A DNA stretch of 32,000 nucleotides. Origin: Candidatus Babelota bacterium. GTDB taxonomy: Bacteria; Babelota; Babeliae; Babelales; Vermiphilaceae. The translations under genes and the position numbers were made by a program. Shown here in pieces: positions 10,420-18,539 of this stretch (position 1 is the first letter of the stretch; each line of letters starts with the position of its first letter). The notes beneath the pieces are model-generated. The model was not told where the DNA came from and searched no databases. It saw only the letters and a program-made list of their open reading frames with translations. The DNA is taken from contig JBDHVY010000001.1 in NCBI GenBank assembly GCA_039809905.1, positions 480,001 through 512,000 of the forward strand. Reading direction: 5' to 3'.

Positions 10420-11010
10420 ATGTTTTTGGATTCTGTTGGCATTATTTTAAAAAAAAATGAACTATCTCCACATAAAATAATAATTTTGGATAAAATTCAG
10501 GGAAAAATTGAATGCGTAAGCCCAACACATTCTTTATCTGTTGGCGCTCTTATTACGTACAATATAAAAAAACAAGGCTTCATGCATTTTATTAGTAATG
10601 CTACACTTATATATATTCCCATGGCTCTTGCTCAAACCGACATGCTATTTTTTCATCATGTTCTTGAATTAATTTATTACTTTACCAGCATGGAGCTTTA
10701 TTCACCTGAAGTCTTTAATTTACTTTCATTTTTATATTCAAATGAACAGATAGCCACAACAGCACAATCAAAAAAAATATTTTTGCTCAAATTGCTCACC
10801 AGCATGGGAAGCGTGCCAGAAATCAATACAACAAGGACAGACTATATAGCTCATCTAGCAATTACTGACATAGAACAACTCAACACAATAACAATTGCAT
10901 TATCTCATGAAAAAGAATTGGATAGATGGTTATGGTGTTGCGTTTGGCAGCATCCATATGTTAAGGAATTTAAGACAGTTCATTTTTTAGCAAGAAACAG
11001 GGCATTATGA
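10420..11010 (+). CDS. Hypothetical protein, possibly a divergent RecO-like (OB-fold plus helical domain) protein
   Basis: AAGGAG ribosome-binding site. N-term GIILKKNELSPHKIIILDKIQGKIECV resembles a RecO N-terminal OB fold and HHVLELIYYF resembles its helical region. Ends with a 4-bp overlap (ATGA) with the next gene. Confidence 0.55.
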   Translation: MFLDSVGIILKKNELSPHKIIILDKIQGKIECVSPTHSLSVGALITYNIKKQGFMHFISNATLIYIPMALAQTDMLFFHHVLELIYYFTSMELYSPEVFNLLSFLYSNEQIATTAQSKKIFLLKLLTSMGSVPEINTTRTDYIAHLAITDIEQLNTITIALSHEKELDRWLWCCVWQHPYVKEFKTVHFLARNRAL

Positions 11011-14000
11011 AAATAGTATCAAAGATTTCTCTTATAGTAATTATTTTAATTAATAGTTCTCTCTTTGCTGGTGACTTTTTTACAAACTTTATAAAACCAG
11101 AACCTAATCAAAAGTTTTTTATCGGCGTTGTGGAAGAAAAACAAAAAATATTAGCCGAATTTCTTAAAGAACAAGCAGACCGTGCTGCTTCCCATAAAAT
11201 ATTCACCGAAAAAATTAATCGCCAACTTGCAAGAGTGATAACCCTCAATCTTAAAGCAGAAAACGAATTACAAAAAAATCCTGATGATGATTTTTTAATC
11301 AAGCAGCAAGCTATTCTTAAAGAATCAGAGCAAGTTCTCAAAGACACACAGCGAGTGCGTGATGATAATGCATCACTTATCTCTGATGTTATTAATCAAT
11401 TACAATCATTTGTTGAAGATCCGCAGTTTGAAGCATTTAAAAAGAAAAATAAGCTCAACGAACGTTTATATTACTCTTTTGATGATCTTCAATATCTTCA
11501 TGATAATATTTTAGATTATGAACAACGCGTTTCTCAACTCACCGATCAAGAAAAAAGCCTTCGCGTTGAAAAAGAAAGCAGAAAACGAAATATTACCAAT
11601 TTGCAAGAAGAGCATGATAAAAGACAACAAGATATTAAAGCCTTTGCCGATGCAATAGCCACGCATACTATCCTTGGTAATCAATCTGAACATGAAAAAA
11701 AAACCATCATACTAGAAGATCATTTGTATAAATATAAAAAACAATTGATCGATGAGCGCTTTAAGGAAATTATCTACCAAACTAAAGCAATTGAATTCCG
11801 ATTATTTATAGCAAAATCATACTTGGATCTTTTTAAAAAACAGCTGCGTATTGTTAAATCAGCAATCCATGTCAGTGAAGCTGATATAACACTTGCTGAA
11901 GAAGATTTGGCGAAAGAACAAAAAAACTATTTTTCTCATAAAGATACTCTCGGTCATGAACGTCAACGCATTACTTCTGCGCAAAAAATCAAAGATAAAG
12001 AATTAAATGATCTGAGTAAAGAACTTTCAATTCCTTTGGGCAGTGAAGTTGATGAGTGGACAAAAAAACCAAAACAAACATCTGATTCGTATGTTGCTGT
12101 AGCTCATATTGGTGCTTTAAACACTGAAATGCTTTTATATAACAAAGAAAAAGATTTGCTTGATGCGCATATTGCACTTGAACAAGAAAAGTTTAACTAT
12201 AAAAAAATGCGTACAGAAGCAAAAAAAACATATCACAAAGTTTCTACACGAGGATTTTTAACAGAAGAAGAAATATCAAAAGAACGCGCTGAATACGAAT
12301 TAAAAAAGAAGGATGCTGAAGAAAACAGCAAACTGTATCAAACGAAAATAAACGCTGTTGCAAATTTATTAAATCATATAAAAAAAATACTTGATCGCGT
12401 AAATACTTTCCATGAAGAAGCAGAAAAACAAGTAGATCTCATTTTCAAAAATAAAAATAAAGAATATAGTCAGTTCACTACCTATATTTTACGTGCAGAT
12501 AGAGCCCTTAAAAAAGAAATCGATGTACTTGGAAAATTAACAAGCACATACTCCGGTATTATTGGAGAAATTAATAGTACGGTTCGCCTGATAGATTTTA
12601 TTAGTACAGAGCTGCAAGCAAGCACCATATGGTATCGTCCCGCATATGCTATCACTCTGGACGGTGTTAAAAATATCATCGCTGATACCAAAGCTTTTTT
12701 TAATGACATTCGCATTTATGTAGCAAAATTCAACAGCAAAATATTTATCATTCATCTTAAAGAAGGATTCTCTCGGCCATTCGATGTTTTATTATTAATT
12801 CTCACCTTATGCGCACTTATCAGTGGATTCTATTTTATTGGCAAATATCGAATCAACATCATTAATTTTTTACTCATACAATGCGGTGATTATGGTCTCT
12901 TTGTCAGCATGATAGCCTTTATTTTGGGAACATTTATCACTTTCATATGCATATTTAGCCATAGTATCTTTACGTGGTTAGTCTTATGGGCATTTTGTGC
13001 TATGATTCCCGATGTATATTTCTCAATTTTATTTTATCTGTGTTCTATACCTTATCTTTTATACCTCTCACACAGATTTATGAAATTATTACTTCAGATG
13101 AATAGCCAATATAAACATGTATTATTGTCTGAGGATTTTCAACGCAGATTCGAATTGGTATTTTCAACGTTTATTTACATCACCATTGTTATTTTTTTCT
13201 TCCGTCAAGCGTTCATGCTTTCTTCCATTTACTTACGCTCCGAATTATCTAATATCCTGCTTGCGGTAAATTTTATTGTACTTCAAATATCGCTTATTTT
13301 ACTTATCACTAAAGAACAAATCATGGGAATTATTCCCAATTATTCTGATTTTTGGCGATGGATTCACTCACGCATTGATGATTACTATTATCTTATTTTA
13401 TTTTTCGTTGTTGCCATTATCATCATGAGTAATCCTTATGTTGGATTTGGCCGATTAGTTCTTTATTTACTTTCCGGCTCAATTTACATGCTCATTCTTA
13501 TTAAAGTGCTTTCGCTCTTGCATACCTTTGTAAAAACAGCAAGCTCACTTTTATTTTTTACTCAAGAAGATGCAATTGTTAAAGAACGTTTTTCATATGC
13601 AAAAACATGTTTTGGTCTTTTTATCATAGCTTCATTTGTTATTCTCGGATTTATTGGATTTATCGTTGCTGCAAAAATCTGGGGATTTGATGTTGCTATT
13701 ACTGATTTTAGACAATGGTTACAAGTACCACTTTTGCTTGAATCTACCACCCACCCTATTACAACATTATCTCTCCTTAAAATTATTGCCTTTATTCTCG
13801 GTGGTTTTGCTGTTGCCTACGCATTAAAACAATATGTTTTAGAAAGAATTTTTGATCTATTGCTCGTTGAATCCGGCGTACAACACACCGTCACCAGCAT
13901 TATTCAATACGTTGTGATTATTATTGCAACATTCTTTGCGTTCAACAGTGTCGGCCTTGGATCTCTGATTGGCAGTATGTTTATGGGCTTAGCATTAAGT

Positions 14001-14630
14001 ATTGGTTTTTATCTCAAAGATCCTCTCAGCGATTTTGTTTCATACTTTATTATCTTAGTGCAACGACCTATTAAGATTGGTGATTATGTCCAAATTGATA
14101 CAGAAACGCTTGGTGTTGTTCGTAAAATTACGCCACGATCTGTAGTGTTACGTCGAAAAAATAGTACAACAATTATAGTCCCTAATTCATATGTAGTCAG
14201 TAAATCAATTGAAAATTGGAACTATGTTCGTAACTTCATTGCAATAAATGATATTTCATTATTTGTGTATTTTAAAGAAGACCCTTCTCAAATAAAAGCT
14301 ATTTTGCACGCAGCAGTAGAAGAACATCATAATGTCCTCAGAAACCCACGTTCTATTGTTCGCTTAATGAATTTTGGTGAATTTGGATATGAATTTATGG
14401 TGCGTTGCTTTATCAGCTCAGCTTATACACTTGAAATGTGGGATATTAGCAGTGATATTCGCTTACTTATTGCAAAAGCATTTAAAGAGCATAATATTGA
14501 ATTTGCAATTCCAATGTATAAAGTTGATGAACATGGTCATTATTATCATGAAACTAAAAGACCTGACAATAATGACAATAAAGGAAATACTGGAATGAAT
14601 GGTCCATTAAATAAACCGATGAATGAATAA
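11007..14630 (+). CDS. Large MscS-family mechanosensitive channel (MscK/MscM-like) with long N-terminal coiled-coil extracytoplasmic region
   Basis: Signal-like N-term; long Lys/Glu-rich helical region (to about aa 550); multiple TM helices; MscS pore/beta domain GLGSLIGSMFMGLALSIGFYLKDPLSDFVSYFIILVQRPIKIGDYVQI...GVVRKITPRSVVLRRKNSTTIIVPNSYVVSKSIENW. Confidence 0.92.
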   Translation: MKIVSKISLIVIILINSSLFAGDFFTNFIKPEPNQKFFIGVVEEKQKILAEFLKEQADRAASHKIFTEKINRQLARVITLNLKAENELQKNPDDDFLIKQQAILKESEQVLKDTQRVRDDNASLISDVINQLQSFVEDPQFEAFKKKNKLNERLYYSFDDLQYLHDNILDYEQRVSQLTDQEKSLRVEKESRKRNITNLQEEHDKRQQDIKAFADAIATHTILGNQSEHEKKTIILEDHLYKYKKQLIDERFKEIIYQTKAIEFRLFIAKSYLDLFKKQLRIVKSAIHVSEADITLAEEDLAKEQKNYFSHKDTLGHERQRITSAQKIKDKELNDLSKELSIPLGSEVDEWTKKPKQTSDSYVAVAHIGALNTEMLLYNKEKDLLDAHIALEQEKFNYKKMRTEAKKTYHKVSTRGFLTEEEISKERAEYELKKKDAEENSKLYQTKINAVANLLNHIKKILDRVNTFHEEAEKQVDLIFKNKNKEYSQFTTYILRADRALKKEIDVLGKLTSTYSGIIGEINSTVRLIDFISTELQASTIWYRPAYAITLDGVKNIIADTKAFFNDIRIYVAKFNSKIFIIHLKEGFSRPFDVLLLILTLCALISGFYFIGKYRINIINFLLIQCGDYGLFVSMIAFILGTFITFICIFSHSIFTWLVLWAFCAMIPDVYFSILFYLCSIPYLLYLSHRFMKLLLQMNSQYKHVLLSEDFQRRFELVFSTFIYITIVIFFFRQAFMLSSIYLRSELSNILLAVNFIVLQISLILLITKEQIMGIIPNYSDFWRWIHSRIDDYYYLILFFVVAIIIMSNPYVGFGRLVLYLLSGSIYMLILIKVLSLLHTFVKTASSLLFFTQEDAIVKERFSYAKTCFGLFIIASFVILGFIGFIVAAKIWGFDVAITDFRQWLQVPLLLESTTHPITTLSLLKIIAFILGGFAVAYALKQYVLERIFDLLLVESGVQHTVTSIIQYVVIIIATFFAFNSVGLGSLIGSMFMGLALSIGFYLKDPLSDFVSYFIILVQRPIKIGDYVQIDTETLGVVRKITPRSVVLRRKNSTTIIVPNSYVVSKSIENWNYVRNFIAINDISLFVYFKEDPSQIKAILHAAVEEHHNVLRNPRSIVRLMNFGEFGYEFMVRCFISSAYTLEMWDISSDIRLLIAKAFKEHNIEFAIPMYKVDEHGHYYHETKRPDNNDNKGNTGMNGPLNKPMNE

Positions 14631-14641
14631 TAATTCACACA

Positions 14642-14676
14642 AAAAACCCCTTAAGAAATTATCTCAAGGGGTTTTT
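14642..14676. terminator. Bidirectional terminator-like hairpin
   Basis: aaaaacccctt / aaggggttttt 11-bp stem between convergent ORFs. Confidence 0.7.
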
Positions 14677-14695
14677 AATTACTATATCTTTGCAA

Positions 14696-14902
14696 CTATC
14701 TTTTGTGGCGATGCATCAGCGCCGATACTTTATCACCAAGACCACTTTTGCCATACCCAAGCGTCATCAAGAATAATCCTGCCATGATAATTGCAAAACT
14801 AATACCTTTTTGCACCAAACCTAATGCATATAAAACAATAATTAACCCAGCAAGCATATATAAAAGACCTTGCAATGGAGTTGGTAAACGATCCAAAAAC
14901 AT
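14696..14902 (-). CDS. Small two-TM membrane protein of unknown function
   Basis: Internal Met start MFLDRLPTPLQGLLYMLAGLIIVLYALGLVQKGISFAIIMAGLFLMTLGYGKSGLGDKV; the longer ORF track start (14941) is less likely. Confidence 0.55.
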   Translation of the reverse strand: MFLDRLPTPLQGLLYMLAGLIIVLYALGLVQKGISFAIIMAGLFLMTLGYGKSGLGDKVSALMHRHKR

Positions 14903-14962
14903 ACTCTTCCTTTTTTTTAAAATAAACATATTCATCACCATATATGGTTATATCATTATGAG

Positions 14963-15838
14963 TCAAGATCCAAATCTAAATCCCATATCAATCAAAAAAA
15001 AGGCAGAAGATTTTGGCTGTTTTCCAAACAGATGTTCTACTGCCACAAAATAGCCTCCCGCTTCAATAAAAAATCTTTGGGTGGAAAACCACAGAGTTGG
15101 GCCAATGAGCACTCTATTAAATCCAGAATTTTCATCCTTAATACAATCAACTTTCTCTTGTTGTTCATATAAACCATTCATTTCTACCATCAAAGTGAGA
15201 ATCCATTTTTCTGGCCGATACGCAATATTTTTACCAATACCGGCTTGATAGGAGAATTGATTTCCAGCTTTGCTATGATCATGCTGCGTTGTTAGCAGAG
15301 CTCCATATGAGGTATAATAATACCATTCCGTTGCTAAATGTTCAGCGGTTACTCCCAAAAAAAAGCTTGGTGAACCAAATCCTGTTGATGGATTTTTATC
15401 GCTTCTTCCGGAAGGAAAATACATTGAAGTAACAAAAGTAAATTGATTAGTAAAGGTTGGCGTATGATGTGCATAAAAGGCGTGTTCGAACTGTACTGCA
15501 ATATCTCCAGCTCCTGATGATCGATATCCATCCTCTTTAAGATGCAACACAGGAAATGCTACTAATAATGAAAAATCTTTTGGAAATCCATAGACAAAAT
15601 ATGGCACTACTTCATTGAACCGTTTATGCGGACCAGTCAACCAACCGGCTGCAAGCTCCAATAATAAATTATGTGGATCAATAATATTTTGACCAAATCC
15701 CAGCAAAGGCCCTGGTTGCATAGTCCCATCAACTGCAAAATTACCCACTTTAACTTGCTTTACTTCTTCATCAGATTCTCGCGTATATATTACTGTATTT
15801 ACCATGAGAATCGTTATAAACAATATACTTCTAAACAC
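14963..15838 (-). CDS. Putative outer-membrane beta-barrel protein
   Basis: Signal peptide; alternating hydrophobic/aromatic strands (VTSMYFPSGRSDKN...GSPSFFLGVTAEH...WYYYTSYGALLTTQ), C-terminal FFLIDMGFRFGS. Confidence 0.65.
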   Translation of the reverse strand: MFRSILFITILMVNTVIYTRESDEEVKQVKVGNFAVDGTMQPGPLLGFGQNIIDPHNLLLELAAGWLTGPHKRFNEVVPYFVYGFPKDFSLLVAFPVLHLKEDGYRSSGAGDIAVQFEHAFYAHHTPTFTNQFTFVTSMYFPSGRSDKNPSTGFGSPSFFLGVTAEHLATEWYYYTSYGALLTTQHDHSKAGNQFSYQAGIGKNIAYRPEKWILTLMVEMNGLYEQQEKVDCIKDENSGFNRVLIGPTLWFSTQRFFIEAGGYFVAVEHLFGKQPKSSAFFLIDMGFRFGS

Positions 15839-15886
15839 CCTATTATCCCTTTTTTTTTAACAACAAAAAATCACCTGCGTATCTAT

Positions 15887-16453
15887 TTATTTCATAAACC
15901 CATGAAGCGGCCATGGTTGAGAAAAATCAAGATGAGCATCATGTAATGGTTCATGTTGTACTAAAAATTGTATTCGTGAGCATACAATCCCACTTGTTAT
16001 TATTGTTTTAAGCAATCCTTCAATCAACATCCATTTATTGAAAATCGTATCTTCTTTACCAAATATAGCATGATCAAAAGAAAGATATATACATCCTGAT
16101 ACATCAATAAGAACTGATTGGACCGTTGTTTTTTTTGAAATAACATGCTCCTCATCAAGCAACGCAAGCCATGTATTAACAAGGTGAAAAATGTTTTTTT
16201 CGTTGCTCGTATGCCATAGCAATTCTTGTTTTTCGCTCTTCCACTTATCGCCATGAAAGTAATGATGTTGTATCTGTTTTTTTTGAATCCGAATTGATTG
16301 TATGTTGTTATCACACGATCTTGGAATATATACCACTACCCATTGATTATAAAAAGCAAAAAAAATAAGAGCCATACAAAATGAAACCCCACTCAGAATG
16401 ATATAATTTTTGAGCGAATCATATGCATTATACAAGTTCATTAAAAACCTCAA
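15887..16453 (-). CDS. Single-TM protein with GerMN-like extracytoplasmic domain (putative)
   Basis: One TM (SGVSFCMALIFFAFYNQWVVVYIP), then a fold-pattern match to GerMN: LVNTWLALLDEEHV...TTVQSVLIDVSGCIYLSFDHAIF...LIEGLLKTIITSGIVCSRIQFLVQHEPL. Overlaps the upstream amidase-like ORF. Confidence 0.5.
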   Translation of the reverse strand: MRFLMNLYNAYDSLKNYIILSGVSFCMALIFFAFYNQWVVVYIPRSCDNNIQSIRIQKKQIQHHYFHGDKWKSEKQELLWHTSNEKNIFHLVNTWLALLDEEHVISKKTTVQSVLIDVSGCIYLSFDHAIFGKEDTIFNKWMLIEGLLKTIITSGIVCSRIQFLVQHEPLHDAHLDFSQPWPLHGFMK

Positions 16454-17099
16454 GAATAGCTGCTACCACCGGCTCACAATATCCACGCCATGCTTCTTTA
16501 TCTTTCAATCCTGCTTCTATTGCTATACTTGGCGCAATAATACCAATTAAAGGCTTAATCGGTAAACTATATGGTCCAAGAACAGTGCAAACTGATTGAT
16601 ACGGTTGTTGAGACATTGTTTTGTAAAACAACTGACATATATGATCTGTTGATTGTTTGTTAATTTTATATGCTTCATCATACGTATTACAAACCAATCC
16701 TTGCTGATGCATTGCAAAATCATTGCCATAAGAAAATTGATATAATCGCACTATTGGTTTTGTTTCTTGTGTATAGTAAAAATTGAGATTGATAAAAAGA
16801 TTAGTATTTATCCGATTAGCCAAAGATGCATTTTGCAAATCATATACAATGTCACCGGGTAATCGCGTAATAATTACTTTAATATATGGCGCGCGCTCTT
16901 CAATCATCATTTTTATTTTTTCAGCACATTGTAATGTTAACCCACGCTCAAAACTATCTCCAATACGCCTACCAGTACGTTTTGCATCACCTGCAGGATC
17001 TAAAATCACCGTATATTGGATATACCGTTTTTCATGTATTGGTAAAACATACAACACGAATATTACACACAATAAAAGCAAATATTTTCTCATATGCAT
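16428..17099 (-). CDS. N-acetylmuramoyl-L-alanine amidase-like (Amidase_3 fold) protein, probably catalytically degenerate
   Basis: YTVILDPAGDAKRTGRRIGDSFERGLTLQCAEKI...VIITRLPGDIVYDLQNASLANRINTNLFINLNFYY...IAIEAGLKDKEA aligns by eye to the Amidase_3 block order, with both zinc His positions altered. Confidence 0.7.
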   Translation of the reverse strand: MHMRKYLLLLCVIFVLYVLPIHEKRYIQYTVILDPAGDAKRTGRRIGDSFERGLTLQCAEKIKMMIEERAPYIKVIITRLPGDIVYDLQNASLANRINTNLFINLNFYYTQETKPIVRLYQFSYGNDFAMHQQGLVCNTYDEAYKINKQSTDHICQLFYKTMSQQPYQSVCTVLGPYSLPIKPLIGIIAPSIAIEAGLKDKEAWRGYCEPVVAAILEVFNELV

Positions 17100-17188
17100 A
17101 AAACTATTAAAAAATTTAATCTGCTATAATCTATATACAATATAGTATCTTTAAAAAAAGCTGCTTAGGCAAAAAAATAGATAAATGT

Positions 17189-18538
17189 ATGCGACTTAGA
17201 TTCTATCTGCTTTCCATTATGCTTTTATTTTTCAATAATGATACCAACTCAATGGAAGATACTGGCAGCCAAGCAAACCATAGTGAATCTTATATCACCA
17301 CACTAGCTATATGTGGAATTGCTTGCACAATTACTTACTACACAACGCGGTGGGCTTATCGCATCGCTCGGCAAAAAAGTTTACGAGCTATAAACAGTTA
17401 TCTTGCAAAAAACATCTTTTCTACAAAAATTGCTTTTTTTCCCAAGTTCTATCCAAATGATTATTTAGATAAGGGTTGCATATTTAATTTTTCTGCTGAA
17501 AATTTTAATCCAGTAGCAACATATGCTTTCATAAAAAAACATCCTATTTTTTTGCATATTTTACTAAAAATTTTATTGTTTTTTGATTATGAAAATACTC
17601 AACGAAACTTTAATGGATTTATTACAATAATGTACAAAAGGCACTTTGAACACAATATCAAAAATACCGACAAATTTGATATTAAATGGCAAGATATGTG
17701 CAATATCATAGACTCTTTATTTGTCGCAGGAATAAATCCTCGCGTTAGGCGTTCTTATGAGTTCAGCATATTAAGAGAGGCCTGCTCGTGGCATGACATT
17801 CAGATGGTCAAATATTTGCTTACAAAGATAAACCTAGATCCAGATGATAGAGACCAGCAAGGAGATTATGAACCATCGGGCTCTCTGGGAGGTTATCCTC
17901 GTATACAACATCAAACAAATCCATTCTATATTGCATGCTATAAAAAACAAGATGCCATAATACAATTACTTATTAAACACCATACCCTCGTACATCCTTT
18001 TTTAGACACGGCCCAAATAGTCACCAAAACAATATCTTGCTTTGAACAAGTTATAAAAAAAGAACATTTTCATACCATTGAAAACCCCATATCAATAAAA
18101 TTAGCAAAGGACTTTGTTGCACATACTTTTCTAAAACATTCTTCTTTTAATTATCAAATGTGGATTGAAAAATTTTGGTTGACTAACCAAACATTACAAA
18201 TTCTTCCAAAAGAAATACGCAACCACATCTCTAGTACCCCGTATAAACAACATTATTCATTGGATGAACTATTAGACGGATGCTTTACCAACGATCCAAA
18301 AATATGGCCACCTCTGAAACGCTCGCCTGGAGGAACTGGTTACTGGTACTCAGGTGACCTCACTGGTCTCTATCGCATAGATGAAATTCCTTGTCCTTCG
18401 GATAAACGTGATAAATTTGTCCAAAAAATAATCGAAAAGAAAAAAAATAAAGCAAAAGAATATTTCCTAGAAAAAGGGGTAAACGAGATGAATTTGGCAG
18501 AGCTGATCAAAATTCATGGGAATAGCATTAGAGCATAG
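17189..18538 (+). CDS. Ankyrin-repeat-like protein with N-terminal signal/TM segment
   Basis: N-term MRLRFYLLSIMLLFFNNDTNS; ankyrin-like segments FSILREACSWHDIQMVKYLLTKINLDPDDRD and NPFYIACYKKQDAIIQLLIKHHTLVHPFL. Confidence 0.5.
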   Translation: MRLRFYLLSIMLLFFNNDTNSMEDTGSQANHSESYITTLAICGIACTITYYTTRWAYRIARQKSLRAINSYLAKNIFSTKIAFFPKFYPNDYLDKGCIFNFSAENFNPVATYAFIKKHPIFLHILLKILLFFDYENTQRNFNGFITIMYKRHFEHNIKNTDKFDIKWQDMCNIIDSLFVAGINPRVRRSYEFSILREACSWHDIQMVKYLLTKINLDPDDRDQQGDYEPSGSLGGYPRIQHQTNPFYIACYKKQDAIIQLLIKHHTLVHPFLDTAQIVTKTISCFEQVIKKEHFHTIENPISIKLAKDFVAHTFLKHSSFNYQMWIEKFWLTNQTLQILPKEIRNHISSTPYKQHYSLDELLDGCFTNDPKIWPPLKRSPGGTGYWYSGDLTGLYRIDEIPCPSDKRDKFVQKIIEKKKNKAKEYFLEKGVNEMNLAELIKIHGNSIRA

Positions 18539-18539
18539 C

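Noticed and set aside
11108-14598. Small ORFs on both strands within the MscS-family gene
   Set aside because: Overlap a confidently coding long ORF; composition typical of shadow frames.
16024-17145. ORFs 16024..16314, 16547..16729, 16783..17145 and 16886..17101
   Set aside because: Alternative frames of the GerMN-like and amidase-like genes; the longer minus-strand frames have signal/TM features and recognisable motifs.
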